A stretch of 12,214 nt of DNA from Candidatus Altiarchaeota archaeon (GTDB taxonomy: Archaea; Altiarchaeota; Altiarchaeia; IMC4; SCGC-AAA252-I15), in contig JAZDIN010000044.1 in the NCBI GenBank assembly GCA_043804895.1, positions 1 through 12,214 of the forward strand. The letters run 5' to 3'. The notes under the pieces were generated by a model that searched no databases, had not been told where the DNA came from, and saw only the letters and a program-made list of their open reading frames with translations. Position numbers and translations under genes: made by a program. Below, one piece after another: positions 1 to 6,707 of this stretch; position 1 is the stretch's first letter, and every line of letters starts with the position of its first letter.

Positions 1-1033
1 ACTGCCACAGGAATACTGTCACTGGAGTTCCGAGCGCGAGTCTTGTGATTATGTAAGAGGGGCTGAAGTTCAGTAGGAGTGGGTATAAGTTGGCGAATGG
101 TGAGAATAGGCTGATGGCCGCCATGGTGACGAAGGTGTATAGTATCTGGCTGCTCTTCATCTTCTTAAGGCATAGTGCGAGTATTGTGCCCGCGTTGGTG
201 AACACCATGGTGTAGAGGGAGCACAGGAGTATCAGCCAGAAGTGGTTCTCAGGCTTAACGAACGTGAGGCTCAACACCAGAAGCCAAAGGACGGACTGGG
301 AGAGGGAGAGGAGGAATGACGCCATCACCTTGCCGAACACTATTTGGGCGTTCGTTAGCGGGGCGACCAGGAGGTTTATTATCCTCTTCGACTCCAGGTC
401 CTGGGTGATGGTGTCTATGGCGAGGCTGCCTGACACCACGCAAGGCAGGAAGAGGAGGATTGGGAGGGTGAATATGAAGTAGATTTCAATGTATCTTGAG
501 CGAGGATTGTATTTCATAATCTTGTAGGACATGAAGTCCAGTTTAGGGTAGTACAGTTCGACCTTCGTCTGCCTCAACTTCCCCTCAAGGCTTACGAGGA
601 CCCTCTTCAAGGCCAGTTTCGTAAGCGGGGTCTTCGGGCTGTTGTCTGGGAGGAAGACCGTCACAACCGCGGGCTTCATGTCAGAGGAGAGATTCCCCCT
701 CAAGGCGATGTCTCCAAGGAGTATCGCGTCTATGATGCCGTTGTCCATGTCAGTCCTCGCCAACTGGAAGTCGCTGTAGAAACGGTAATTCATCCTACCC
801 TCATCCAATACTTGAGAATAGGGGTCCCGGGTGTCAGTGACAACGCCGACGTAGACGAGGTTGCTAAGCTGGGATAGCGTATTGCTGGCCTCAGGCGACG
901 TCAACATCACGTAGCCGATGCTCAACAGGCCAGATGATGAGACGAGAAGCACCTCCAAGAGGAGTATGAGCGTGAAGCTCTTCTCTTTGAGCATTGCAGT
1001 CGCCTCCCGCAACGTTATCGCTATGTTCATCAT
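1..1033 (-). CDS. ABC-2 type transporter permease, 3'-truncated by the window edge (not in the ORF track)
   Basis: Manual translation is open from ATG 1033 (or in-frame ATG 1030) to the window edge: MMNIAITLREATAMLKEKSFTLILLLEVLL...GSLAIDTITQDLESKRIINLLVAPLTNAQIVFGKVM...PSYIITRLALGTPVTVFLWQ. It has an N-terminal TM helix, a soluble domain and the ABC-2 'E.....LL..P.....I..GK' signature. The start overlaps the stop codon of the upstream permease. Confidence 0.88.
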   Translation of the reverse strand, partial: MMNIAITLREATAMLKEKSFTLILLLEVLLVSSSGLLSIGYVMLTSPEASNTLSQLSNLVYVGVVTDTRDPYSQVLDEGRMNYRFYSDFQLARTDMDNGIIDAILLGDIALRGNLSSDMKPAVVTVFLPDNSPKTPLTKLALKRVLVSLEGKLRQTKVELYYPKLDFMSYKIMKYNPRSRYIEIYFIFTLPILLFLPCVVSGSLAIDTITQDLESKRIINLLVAPLTNAQIVFGKVMASFLLSLSQSVLWLLVLSLTFVKPENHFWLILLCSLYTMVFTNAGTILALCLKKMKSSQILYTFVTMAAISLFSPFANLYPLLLNFSPSYIITRLALGTPVTVFLWQ

Positions 1034-2832
1034 ATGAGACCCCTGAGAGCCAGTATATTATATACTACGTGGAGGGTCACTGACAGGAAGAGTCCGACCG
1101 CGAACCATGACTTCCCCTTTCGTTTGTACACCACTGAAGCGAATATCGTCGTGGATGCTATGTGTAGGGCGAATGTGGGCAGTAGCCTGCCGACGAAGTA
1201 GATGTACGGTCCGCCGAGGAATGAGTAGACCTTGATTATGAGGTATAGGTTGAACATTTTCTCCATGATGAAGAATCCGGCGCCTGAGATGATGCCGTAT
1301 AGGAGGGGGTTCATCCGCCGGTAGTAGAGGGGTATTATCTTCACTACCTCCTCCGTGGATGCGAGGAGTATGAGGGAGAGTACGGGAGCGATGTAGCCGA
1401 GGGGGAGGACCAGGTAGGCCATTATGCTTTCTATGATGAATATGAACGGGACCAGGAGCGAGACTGAGACGAAGACGTATACGAGCCTGTTTTGTAGCAA
1501 CCTCGACAGTTGGCTGTAGAATGTGAGGAGGAGGCTGCGGAAATCCATCGAGGAGGATATGACCTCGGCGTTGAAGCATAATCCGGTGAACGTGAGGAAG
1601 AAGAGGGAGAGGAAGGAGTAGGGTATTAGGGAGAGCAGCAAATCGGAGTATGTTATCACAGCCCCGTTCTCGATGCTCGTGACCGTGTCAAGCGGGGATA
1701 TGAAAGCGAGGACGTTCACGCCTGAGAAGACGTTCGGGAGGACGATGAAAAGGAAGAATGCGAACATGCTGAAGGAGCCTATGAACGTAAGCTCCCTGTA
1801 GCTTCTCGCGACTATGACCGAGAACATGCTGAAGGAGACCATGGTCACAGACAACGCCATGAACACGAGCGCAACCTTAAGCGCCTCCAAGGTGAACGTG
1901 GCAGTGAGACCGTATGCGAGGCTTAGAAGCAGCATTAGCGCGAGGTATGGGATGGCTTTCCCAAGTAGCATCTCTGCGTTTGTGATGGGGACTGCGAAGA
2001 GGTTCTCGATGTTCCTGTCCACACGCTCCCTTGAGAGGCTCAAAGCCAGGAGGATGGAGAGCATCACTATAGGGGAGAGCAACATCATGTTCCTGTAGAG
2101 CGTCTTGAACGGGAACTCGACTGTCAACTCAGAAGGCAGAGTCATGTTAGCTGAGGATGACATCCCAGCGAGCACTGGGTCCTCGTCAACCAGTTGGCTG
2201 AACCTTGACTCGTTCAACGTAATCGGGACTTGGAGGGGGGTGACTGAGGACTGAAGGTCTGCGGGTTGGGCTGCTGCTTGGGTGGCTATTGGACGGCGCA
2301 CCGTGAACATCCTCCTCCTTTGCGCATCGACTTCCCCGCTTACCGCCTTCGAGTAGTTGATGGTTTCATCTATTATCTGAATTCTGAGGGGTAGGAGGAT
2401 ACCAGATAGGTTACCGTTCCCGCTGACGTAGTCTGATATCAGGTTCATGTTGAACTGTGATATTAGGCCGCTAACATGGCTTAACGCGGCGTCAGACTTC
2501 ACCCTCCCTGAGCCGAAGAACACGGCGCCAGAGCGCCCCTGCACGCCGAAAGCGTCAATCTCGTTCAGGCTGGAGTCCTGCATCATGTCATACTTCTCAG
2601 AGTAGGGTATGAACTGTAGGGTGTACGAGTCAAGGCTGCCAATGCGGCTCCCCTCCAGGTAGCCGACACGGTATATCTTATGGCTGCTCGGGAGGCTGGT
2701 CTCGCTAACCTGCGGGGTGATGAGCATCAGGAAGGCTGCGAGTATGACTAGGAACACGACAGCCTCATCTACTAGGCTGCCGCGGTACTGTTTCAGCTCG
2801 TACTTGCTCACAACCAGGAAACGAGGTAACAT
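1030..2832 (-). CDS. ABC-2 type permease fused to a C-terminal PrsW-family intramembrane glutamic protease domain (~600 aa)
   Basis: Start reassigned to ATG 2832 (MLPRFLVVSKYELKQ), which removes the overlap with the divergent ATPase. ABC-2 signature SRERVDRNIENLFAVPITNAEMLLGK. C-terminal motifs TEEVVK (EExxK), GFFIMEK (FxxxE), ALHIAS (H) and LHVVYN (HxxxN) are in PrsW order. Confidence 0.85.
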   Translation of the reverse strand: MLPRFLVVSKYELKQYRGSLVDEAVVFLVILAAFLMLITPQVSETSLPSSHKIYRVGYLEGSRIGSLDSYTLQFIPYSEKYDMMQDSSLNEIDAFGVQGRSGAVFFGSGRVKSDAALSHVSGLISQFNMNLISDYVSGNGNLSGILLPLRIQIIDETINYSKAVSGEVDAQRRRMFTVRRPIATQAAAQPADLQSSVTPLQVPITLNESRFSQLVDEDPVLAGMSSSANMTLPSELTVEFPFKTLYRNMMLLSPIVMLSILLALSLSRERVDRNIENLFAVPITNAEMLLGKAIPYLALMLLLSLAYGLTATFTLEALKVALVFMALSVTMVSFSMFSVIVARSYRELTFIGSFSMFAFFLFIVLPNVFSGVNVLAFISPLDTVTSIENGAVITYSDLLLSLIPYSFLSLFFLTFTGLCFNAEVISSSMDFRSLLLTFYSQLSRLLQNRLVYVFVSVSLLVPFIFIIESIMAYLVLPLGYIAPVLSLILLASTEEVVKIIPLYYRRMNPLLYGIISGAGFFIMEKMFNLYLIIKVYSFLGGPYIYFVGRLLPTFALHIASTTIFASVVYKRKGKSWFAVGLFLSVTLHVVYNILALRGLI

Positions 2833-2872
2833 AGAGAGATATATAATGACAGTAGGTAATATTTGTACTACG
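2833..2872. promoter_or_regulatory. 40-bp divergent promoter region (overlapping TATA-like boxes)
   Basis: TATATAA at 2840-2846 lies ~27 nt before ATG 2873 (+). AAATATTA on the minus strand (2864-2857) lies ~25 nt before ATG 2832 (-). No SD motif is visible, consistent with leaderless mRNAs. Confidence 0.55.
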
Positions 2873-3601
2873 ATGCCGTCTTTCGTTTCAGCAGTGGGAC
2901 TGAGCAAAATCTACACAAGAGACTACGCAGTTAAGGACTTATCCTTCACAGTCAACGAAGGCGAAGTCTTCGGGTTCCTGGGGCCGAACGGGGCAGGCAA
3001 GACAACAACCCTCCGGATGATGTGTGGGATACTCGACCCAACCGAAGGAAAGTGCACAATCAAAGGATTCGACACTGTGGATGACAGGATTAAGGTGAAG
3101 GAGATCACTGGATACCTGCCTGAGGAGGACTTCCTTTATGGTGAGATGACAGTCAGAGACCACCTCAAGTACATGGCAGAGCTTTACAGCGTGAAGAATG
3201 ATGTTGAACGTGTGAGGGAGACACTCCAGCTCGTGGACATGGAATCGCACGGCAAAGACATCATCAAGACTCTCTCGAAAGGCCAGCGCCGTAGGGTGGC
3301 GATAGCGAAGACGCTCATACACGACCCCCAGCTCGTCCTACTCGATGAGGTCACATCAGGCCTCGACCCTGTCTACGCGAGGAGGATGACTGGGATAGTC
3401 AAAGACTTACGCAAGAAAGGGAAGACTGTAGTATTTTCGACCCATCTCATGGACGAGGCCACGGAACTTTGCGACAGGATACTGGTAATACACAAAGGCC
3501 GACTCATGGCCTGCGACACGATACCGAGGATACTGGAGGATACTGGGACGGGAAGCCTCAAGGACGCGTTCTTCAAACTAGTAGGAGACAAAACAGACTA
3601 G
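2873..3601 (+). CDS. ABC transporter ATP-binding protein (ABC-2/DrrA/NatA-like, 242 aa)
   Basis: Walker A GPNGAGKTT, signature LSKGQRRR, Walker B/D-loop LVLLDEVTSGLD, H-loop STH. Start reassigned to ATG 2873 (MPSFVSAVGLSK), the usual distance upstream of Walker A. Confidence 0.95.
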   Translation: MPSFVSAVGLSKIYTRDYAVKDLSFTVNEGEVFGFLGPNGAGKTTTLRMMCGILDPTEGKCTIKGFDTVDDRIKVKEITGYLPEEDFLYGEMTVRDHLKYMAELYSVKNDVERVRETLQLVDMESHGKDIIKTLSKGQRRRVAIAKTLIHDPQLVLLDEVTSGLDPVYARRMTGIVKDLRKKGKTVVFSTHLMDEATELCDRILVIHKGRLMACDTIPRILEDTGTGSLKDAFFKLVGDKTD

Positions 3602-3605
3602 ACTA

Positions 3606-4049
3606 TTATTCAGTTGGCTTTATACCAGCCTTCCTATCCTTCGTGAACATTCTTGGAGGGATTATAGTTGAATCCTTAAGGGCTTCTTCAAACGTACTGG
3701 GTAATATTTTAGTAACGAACTTCGCATCCCTCTGGATTTCAGCCTGCTGAGGCTGAACGAAAGTGGCCTTCTCACCGGGAGTGAGGCCGTCGGTAGGTTT
3801 TTGTGGTTGCGCAGCGCCAAGGATACGCGGGACGAACTGAGTCCGACCACCAGGAGCGAGAGAATCAGGAGGTGAAACTTCCATGAGTCTGGTGTGGTGC
3901 GTTAAGCTGTTTGGACTATCGCCGAATAGTTTATCAGCGACTTGACGGTCCAAGAGATTGTGTAATTCATTGTCCAAGCCCCTGTGTATTTTTTCCTGGT
4001 TTTCTGAGTCAAGAATATGCTTGTTACCTTCGTATGCTGAGTGGGCCAT
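3606..4049 (-). CDS. Hypothetical protein (147 aa, hydrophilic, Pro/Gln-rich, probably partly disordered)
   Basis: The ORF exactly fills the gap between two + strand genes. SD-like GGTGA 6 nt before the ATG (minus strand 4060-4056) and a TATA-like box further upstream. No recognisable domain. Confidence 0.65.
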   Translation of the reverse strand: MAHSAYEGNKHILDSENQEKIHRGLDNELHNLLDRQVADKLFGDSPNSLTHHTRLMEVSPPDSLAPGGRTQFVPRILGAAQPQKPTDGLTPGEKATFVQPQQAEIQRDAKFVTKILPSTFEEALKDSTIIPPRMFTKDRKAGIKPTE

Positions 4050-4094
4050 AGTCAGTCACCTATTATAATATACCCTCTGCAAGCATATATAATC
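4050..4094. promoter_or_regulatory. 45-bp divergent promoter region
   Basis: TATTATAATATA at 4061-4072 lies ~23 nt before ATG 4095 (+). ATTATATA on the minus strand (4093-4086) plus a GGTGA SD would serve the 4049 gene. Confidence 0.55.
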
Positions 4095-5342
4095 ATGGTG
4101 GAGGTTAGGGGGGCCTTGGTGGGGTTTCTACTCCTGGTTTTGGTTTCAGGGTGCATTTTAGGCGAGTCTGGGGTGGAGAATGAGACGACCGCAGGCAATG
4201 ATGATGAGTTCATCAAGGATTACCTGAGTAAGCAGGCTGGGAAGGAGAGTAAGGTTGCCCCGACGGCCTCAACGTCCACGACGTCAGCTTCGACTTCAAC
4301 GTCCACGACGACCCTGAAGGCCGCTTTGAATCCTTGCACGTTCGAGTGCTGCAACATGACAGGATATGAGCCTAAGCCGTGCGGGAAATTCCTTGTGTGT
4401 AAGGGCACAAGGTGCGCGGAAAAGCCGTGCCCGTATGACTGTTGCGTCCTTGGTATGTTTGAGTGGAAGGAGTGCAGACAACCTCTTGAATGCGTAAACT
4501 CTAAGTGTGTTAGGCCTCAATCCCCCACAGAGTATGAGTGCTGCAGTGAAGCCGATTACATCGGCTGCCCAAGCTGTGCGGCAGGATACGAGTGCATAGG
4601 AAACCACTGCTTCGTGCTGGACACCGACAAGGACGGTCTAGCTGATGTTGTTGAGGGGAACTATGGGACGAACGAGAACACAAGCGACACCGACGGCGAT
4701 GGACTCTCAGACATACACGAAGTTAAGGTGTTGCACACAAACCCGCTGAGCATGAACACCGACTTGGACAGGTACGGTGACAGCGTTGACAGTAATCCGA
4801 CGAGAACTGATTCAGCAGCTGTGACAGTCAAAGTGTTGGACACGACGGTGACTCCGAATCTTCCAATCGTGCATGAGCTTCTGATGCACTTGGACTTCAA
4901 CCAACCTCAGCCCTCCAACGACTCCAAGGTGGCTGACTTCGAATCGAACGTCTACGTCCTCAACAACGGCACAGACTACACGAACTACTTGAACTACACA
5001 TACACCATAGGCTACTGGTGCGCGCCCGGGATAAACGTCACTAGGAAATCCTTTGTCATAAGGTACACACCAAACGGAACCAACACTACGACGACAACCA
5101 CCACACTACCGGAAGTGAACTCCACAACATTAAACGAGAGCACTACATGGGATATCGTAGACATACCAGTCTCAGCGCCTAAGAGGCTTGAGGCTTCGGC
5201 AAGGTACATCAGCCACCAGAGACACACCCTCAAATTCCAAGACCTCCCTGAGGACGTGTGGGCTGCGATTGTCTCGATGAGAAGATGCTACTACAACACT
5301 ACGATAGAGAACGTGAGATACGAGTACTATCCAGGATATTAA
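4095..5342 (+). CDS. Predicted surface lipoprotein with Cys-rich modules, TSP3-like Ca-binding repeats and Ser/Thr linkers (415 aa)
   Basis: Start ATG 4095: MVEVRGALVGFLLLVLVSG-C, a hydrophobic stretch plus lipobox with Cys at 4152-4154. Linkers TASTSTTSASTSTSTTT and TNTTTTTTT, an 18-Cys region, DxDxDG repeats and many N-x-S/T sequons. Confidence 0.85.
   Translation: MVEVRGALVGFLLLVLVSGCILGESGVENETTAGNDDEFIKDYLSKQAGKESKVAPTASTSTTSASTSTSTTTLKAALNPCTFECCNMTGYEPKPCGKFLVCKGTRCAEKPCPYDCCVLGMFEWKECRQPLECVNSKCVRPQSPTEYECCSEADYIGCPSCAAGYECIGNHCFVLDTDKDGLADVVEGNYGTNENTSDTDGDGLSDIHEVKVLHTNPLSMNTDLDRYGDSVDSNPTRTDSAAVTVKVLDTTVTPNLPIVHELLMHLDFNQPQPSNDSKVADFESNVYVLNNGTDYTNYLNYTYTIGYWCAPGINVTRKSFVIRYTPNGTNTTTTTTTLPEVNSTTLNESTTWDIVDIPVSAPKRLEASARYISHQRHTLKFQDLPEDVWAAIVSMRRCYYNTTIENVRYEYYPGY
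4335..4610 (+). repeat. Three tandem ~31-aa six-cysteine protein modules
   Basis: CTFECC-x9-C-x5-C-x4-C; CPYDCC-x9-C-x5-C-x4-C; and a variant (SPTEYE)CC-x7-C-x2-C-x5-C-x4-C. Confidence 0.85.
4620..4799 (+). repeat. Thrombospondin type-3-like (prokaryotic) Ca2+-binding repeats
   Basis: DTDKDGLADVVE...GTN, DTDGDGLSDIHE...TNPL and NTDLDRYGDSVDSNP match the DxDxDGxxDxxE...T(N/D)P pattern. Confidence 0.8.
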
Positions 5343-5359
5343 GCTGAACGGCAAAGCCT

Positions 5360-5376
5360 GAAAAAACCTTTAATAA
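5360..5376 (+). promoter_or_regulatory. BRE-TATA promoter of the phosphoesterase gene
   Basis: Purine run GAAAAAA followed by TTTAATAA (5369-5376), ~25 nt before ATG 5402. Confidence 0.55.
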
Positions 5377-5401
5377 GGCTTATAGAGTAATATTCTGCGT
5401 T

Positions 5402-5893
5402 ATGATAGGGATTTTAGGCGACACCCACGATAACCTGGACGCCATTGGGAAGGCTGTGGAGTTCTTCAACGGGAAAGGGGTGAAACTGGTCATACACACC
5501 GGAGACATCGTGTCGCCGTTCAGTGTGGAGTCGTTCAAGAACCTGAAATGCGACTTCAAGGCCGTTTACGGGAACAACGAGGGGGACAGGTTCAACTTGG
5601 CCAGGAAACTGAAGGAAATAGACGCTGAAATAACCGACTTTTTGGAGTTAGACTATGATGAGAAGAGGATAGCCATCTACCACGGCCAGAATCCGAGCAT
5701 ATTGGACGCCATAGTCAAGTGCGGCAAATATGACGTGGTGATCACGGGACACACGCACACGCCAGAAGTCACCCTGGACGACAACACCCTCATAGTTAAC
5801 CCAGGGGAGACCTGCGGCTACATGACAGGGGTTATGACAGTGGCTGTCCTGAACACGTCAGATATGAAGGCTGACATACACACGCTGAAGTAG
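5402..5893 (+). CDS. Calcineurin-like metallophosphoesterase, YfcE/MJ0936/Vps29 family
   Basis: All metal-ligand motifs are present in order: GDTHD, HTGD, GNNE, YHG, GHTH and NPG. 163 aa. Confidence 0.93.
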   Translation: MIGILGDTHDNLDAIGKAVEFFNGKGVKLVIHTGDIVSPFSVESFKNLKCDFKAVYGNNEGDRFNLARKLKEIDAEITDFLELDYDEKRIAIYHGQNPSILDAIVKCGKYDVVITGHTHTPEVTLDDNTLIVNPGETCGYMTGVMTVAVLNTSDMKADIHTLK

Positions 5894-5954
5894 TTTTAAA
5901 GTAGTCCGTTTAAGTACTATCATATCCATTGGGGGTGGGGTTGGCCATTTAAAA

Positions 5955-6707
5955 ATGAACTCCGCCGACTATAAGAGGATCTACCACAACCTCAACTCCC
6001 GCGAGGATATCAAGAGATTAAGCAAGGAAGAGAACATCGACGAAGACCTCCTCCTAGTCATACTATCCCAGAAGATAGTCAGAAACACCAAAAGAAGCTA
6101 CTACGAAATCAAAAACAAGGCTCCCTCTCTCATCGGAAACTGGATGCAGGGGAGCAAATTCGTCGACATAGCCAAGAACGAGCGGTTCTCACCGGTCCTA
6201 ACAGCATCCATCATGCTACAGCACACCGGAGTCAGCAAGAAGCAGTTCAGAAACTACCTCAACAGCCCCCAGAGCATAAACGACAGGCGCTTAAGGCATG
6301 AAATCCAGGAGGCAGTGAAGGAGGAGATAATCTACTCGCCTGAGGGTGCGAGGATACAATGGGACAGGGGCAAGGACGTTGAGAGGATAGTAAAAAGATG
6401 GCTTGACCTGAGGCGGACAACGTATATTACTGAGTACGATGCTAAAAAAGGGGAGTACACGAAGACGCCGGACTTCAGGCTCGAGGCACCGATTAAGATG
6501 CACAACAAGTGGATAAACTGGATAGAATGCAAAGCCAGCTTCGGAGACGAAGTCGAGTACAGGAGAGACTACGGCAAACAGTTAACCCACTACGTCAGCC
6601 TGTTCGGTACTGGAATGGTAGTCTACTGGTACGGCTACATCGAGGACATGCCGCCCCACCTTAGGGACGAGAACGTGCTCATAGGGGACAGGAGGCTGTT
6701 CGTATGA
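5955..6707 (+). CDS. TPD-domain PD-(D/E)XK nuclease, CDIN1/C15orf41-like
   Basis: C-terminal KTPDF...WIECKASFGDE...QLTHYVSLFGTGMVVYWYGY closely follows the CDIN1/C15orf41 pattern as I recall it (TPDF...WIESKASFGDE...Q..SY..RFGPGLVIYWYGF). The N-terminal half is helical. Confidence 0.88.
   Translation: MNSADYKRIYHNLNSREDIKRLSKEENIDEDLLLVILSQKIVRNTKRSYYEIKNKAPSLIGNWMQGSKFVDIAKNERFSPVLTASIMLQHTGVSKKQFRNYLNSPQSINDRRLRHEIQEAVKEEIIYSPEGARIQWDRGKDVERIVKRWLDLRRTTYITEYDAKKGEYTKTPDFRLEAPIKMHNKWINWIECKASFGDEVEYRRDYGKQLTHYVSLFGTGMVVYWYGYIEDMPPHLRDENVLIGDRRLFV

Noticed and set aside
255-482. Short ORFs 255-443 (-) and 264-482 (+)
   Set aside because: Both are shadows of the unlisted minus-strand ABC permease that spans 1-1033.
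2717-2907. Apparent head-to-head overlap of the permease and ATPase ORFs
   Set aside because: An artefact of longest-ORF starts; ATG 2832 (-) and ATG 2873 (+) fit the domain boundaries and promoter spacing.
3596-4057. GACTA-GACTA at 3596-3605 and TAGTC-AGTC at 4049-4057 flanking the first orphan, as possible TSD or terminal inverted repeats
   Set aside because: Only 5 bp, overlapping stop and start codons, with no transposase nearby; chance is sufficient.
4269-4310. 15-bp direct repeat TCAACGTCCACGACG, two copies
   Set aside because: An in-frame duplication within the Ser/Thr linker (STSTT twice); not CRISPR or a mobile element.
5931-5944. G-rich tract GGGGGTGGGGTTGG as a G-quadruplex
   Set aside because: Only two runs of three or more G; more simply an SD-like or incidental tract.
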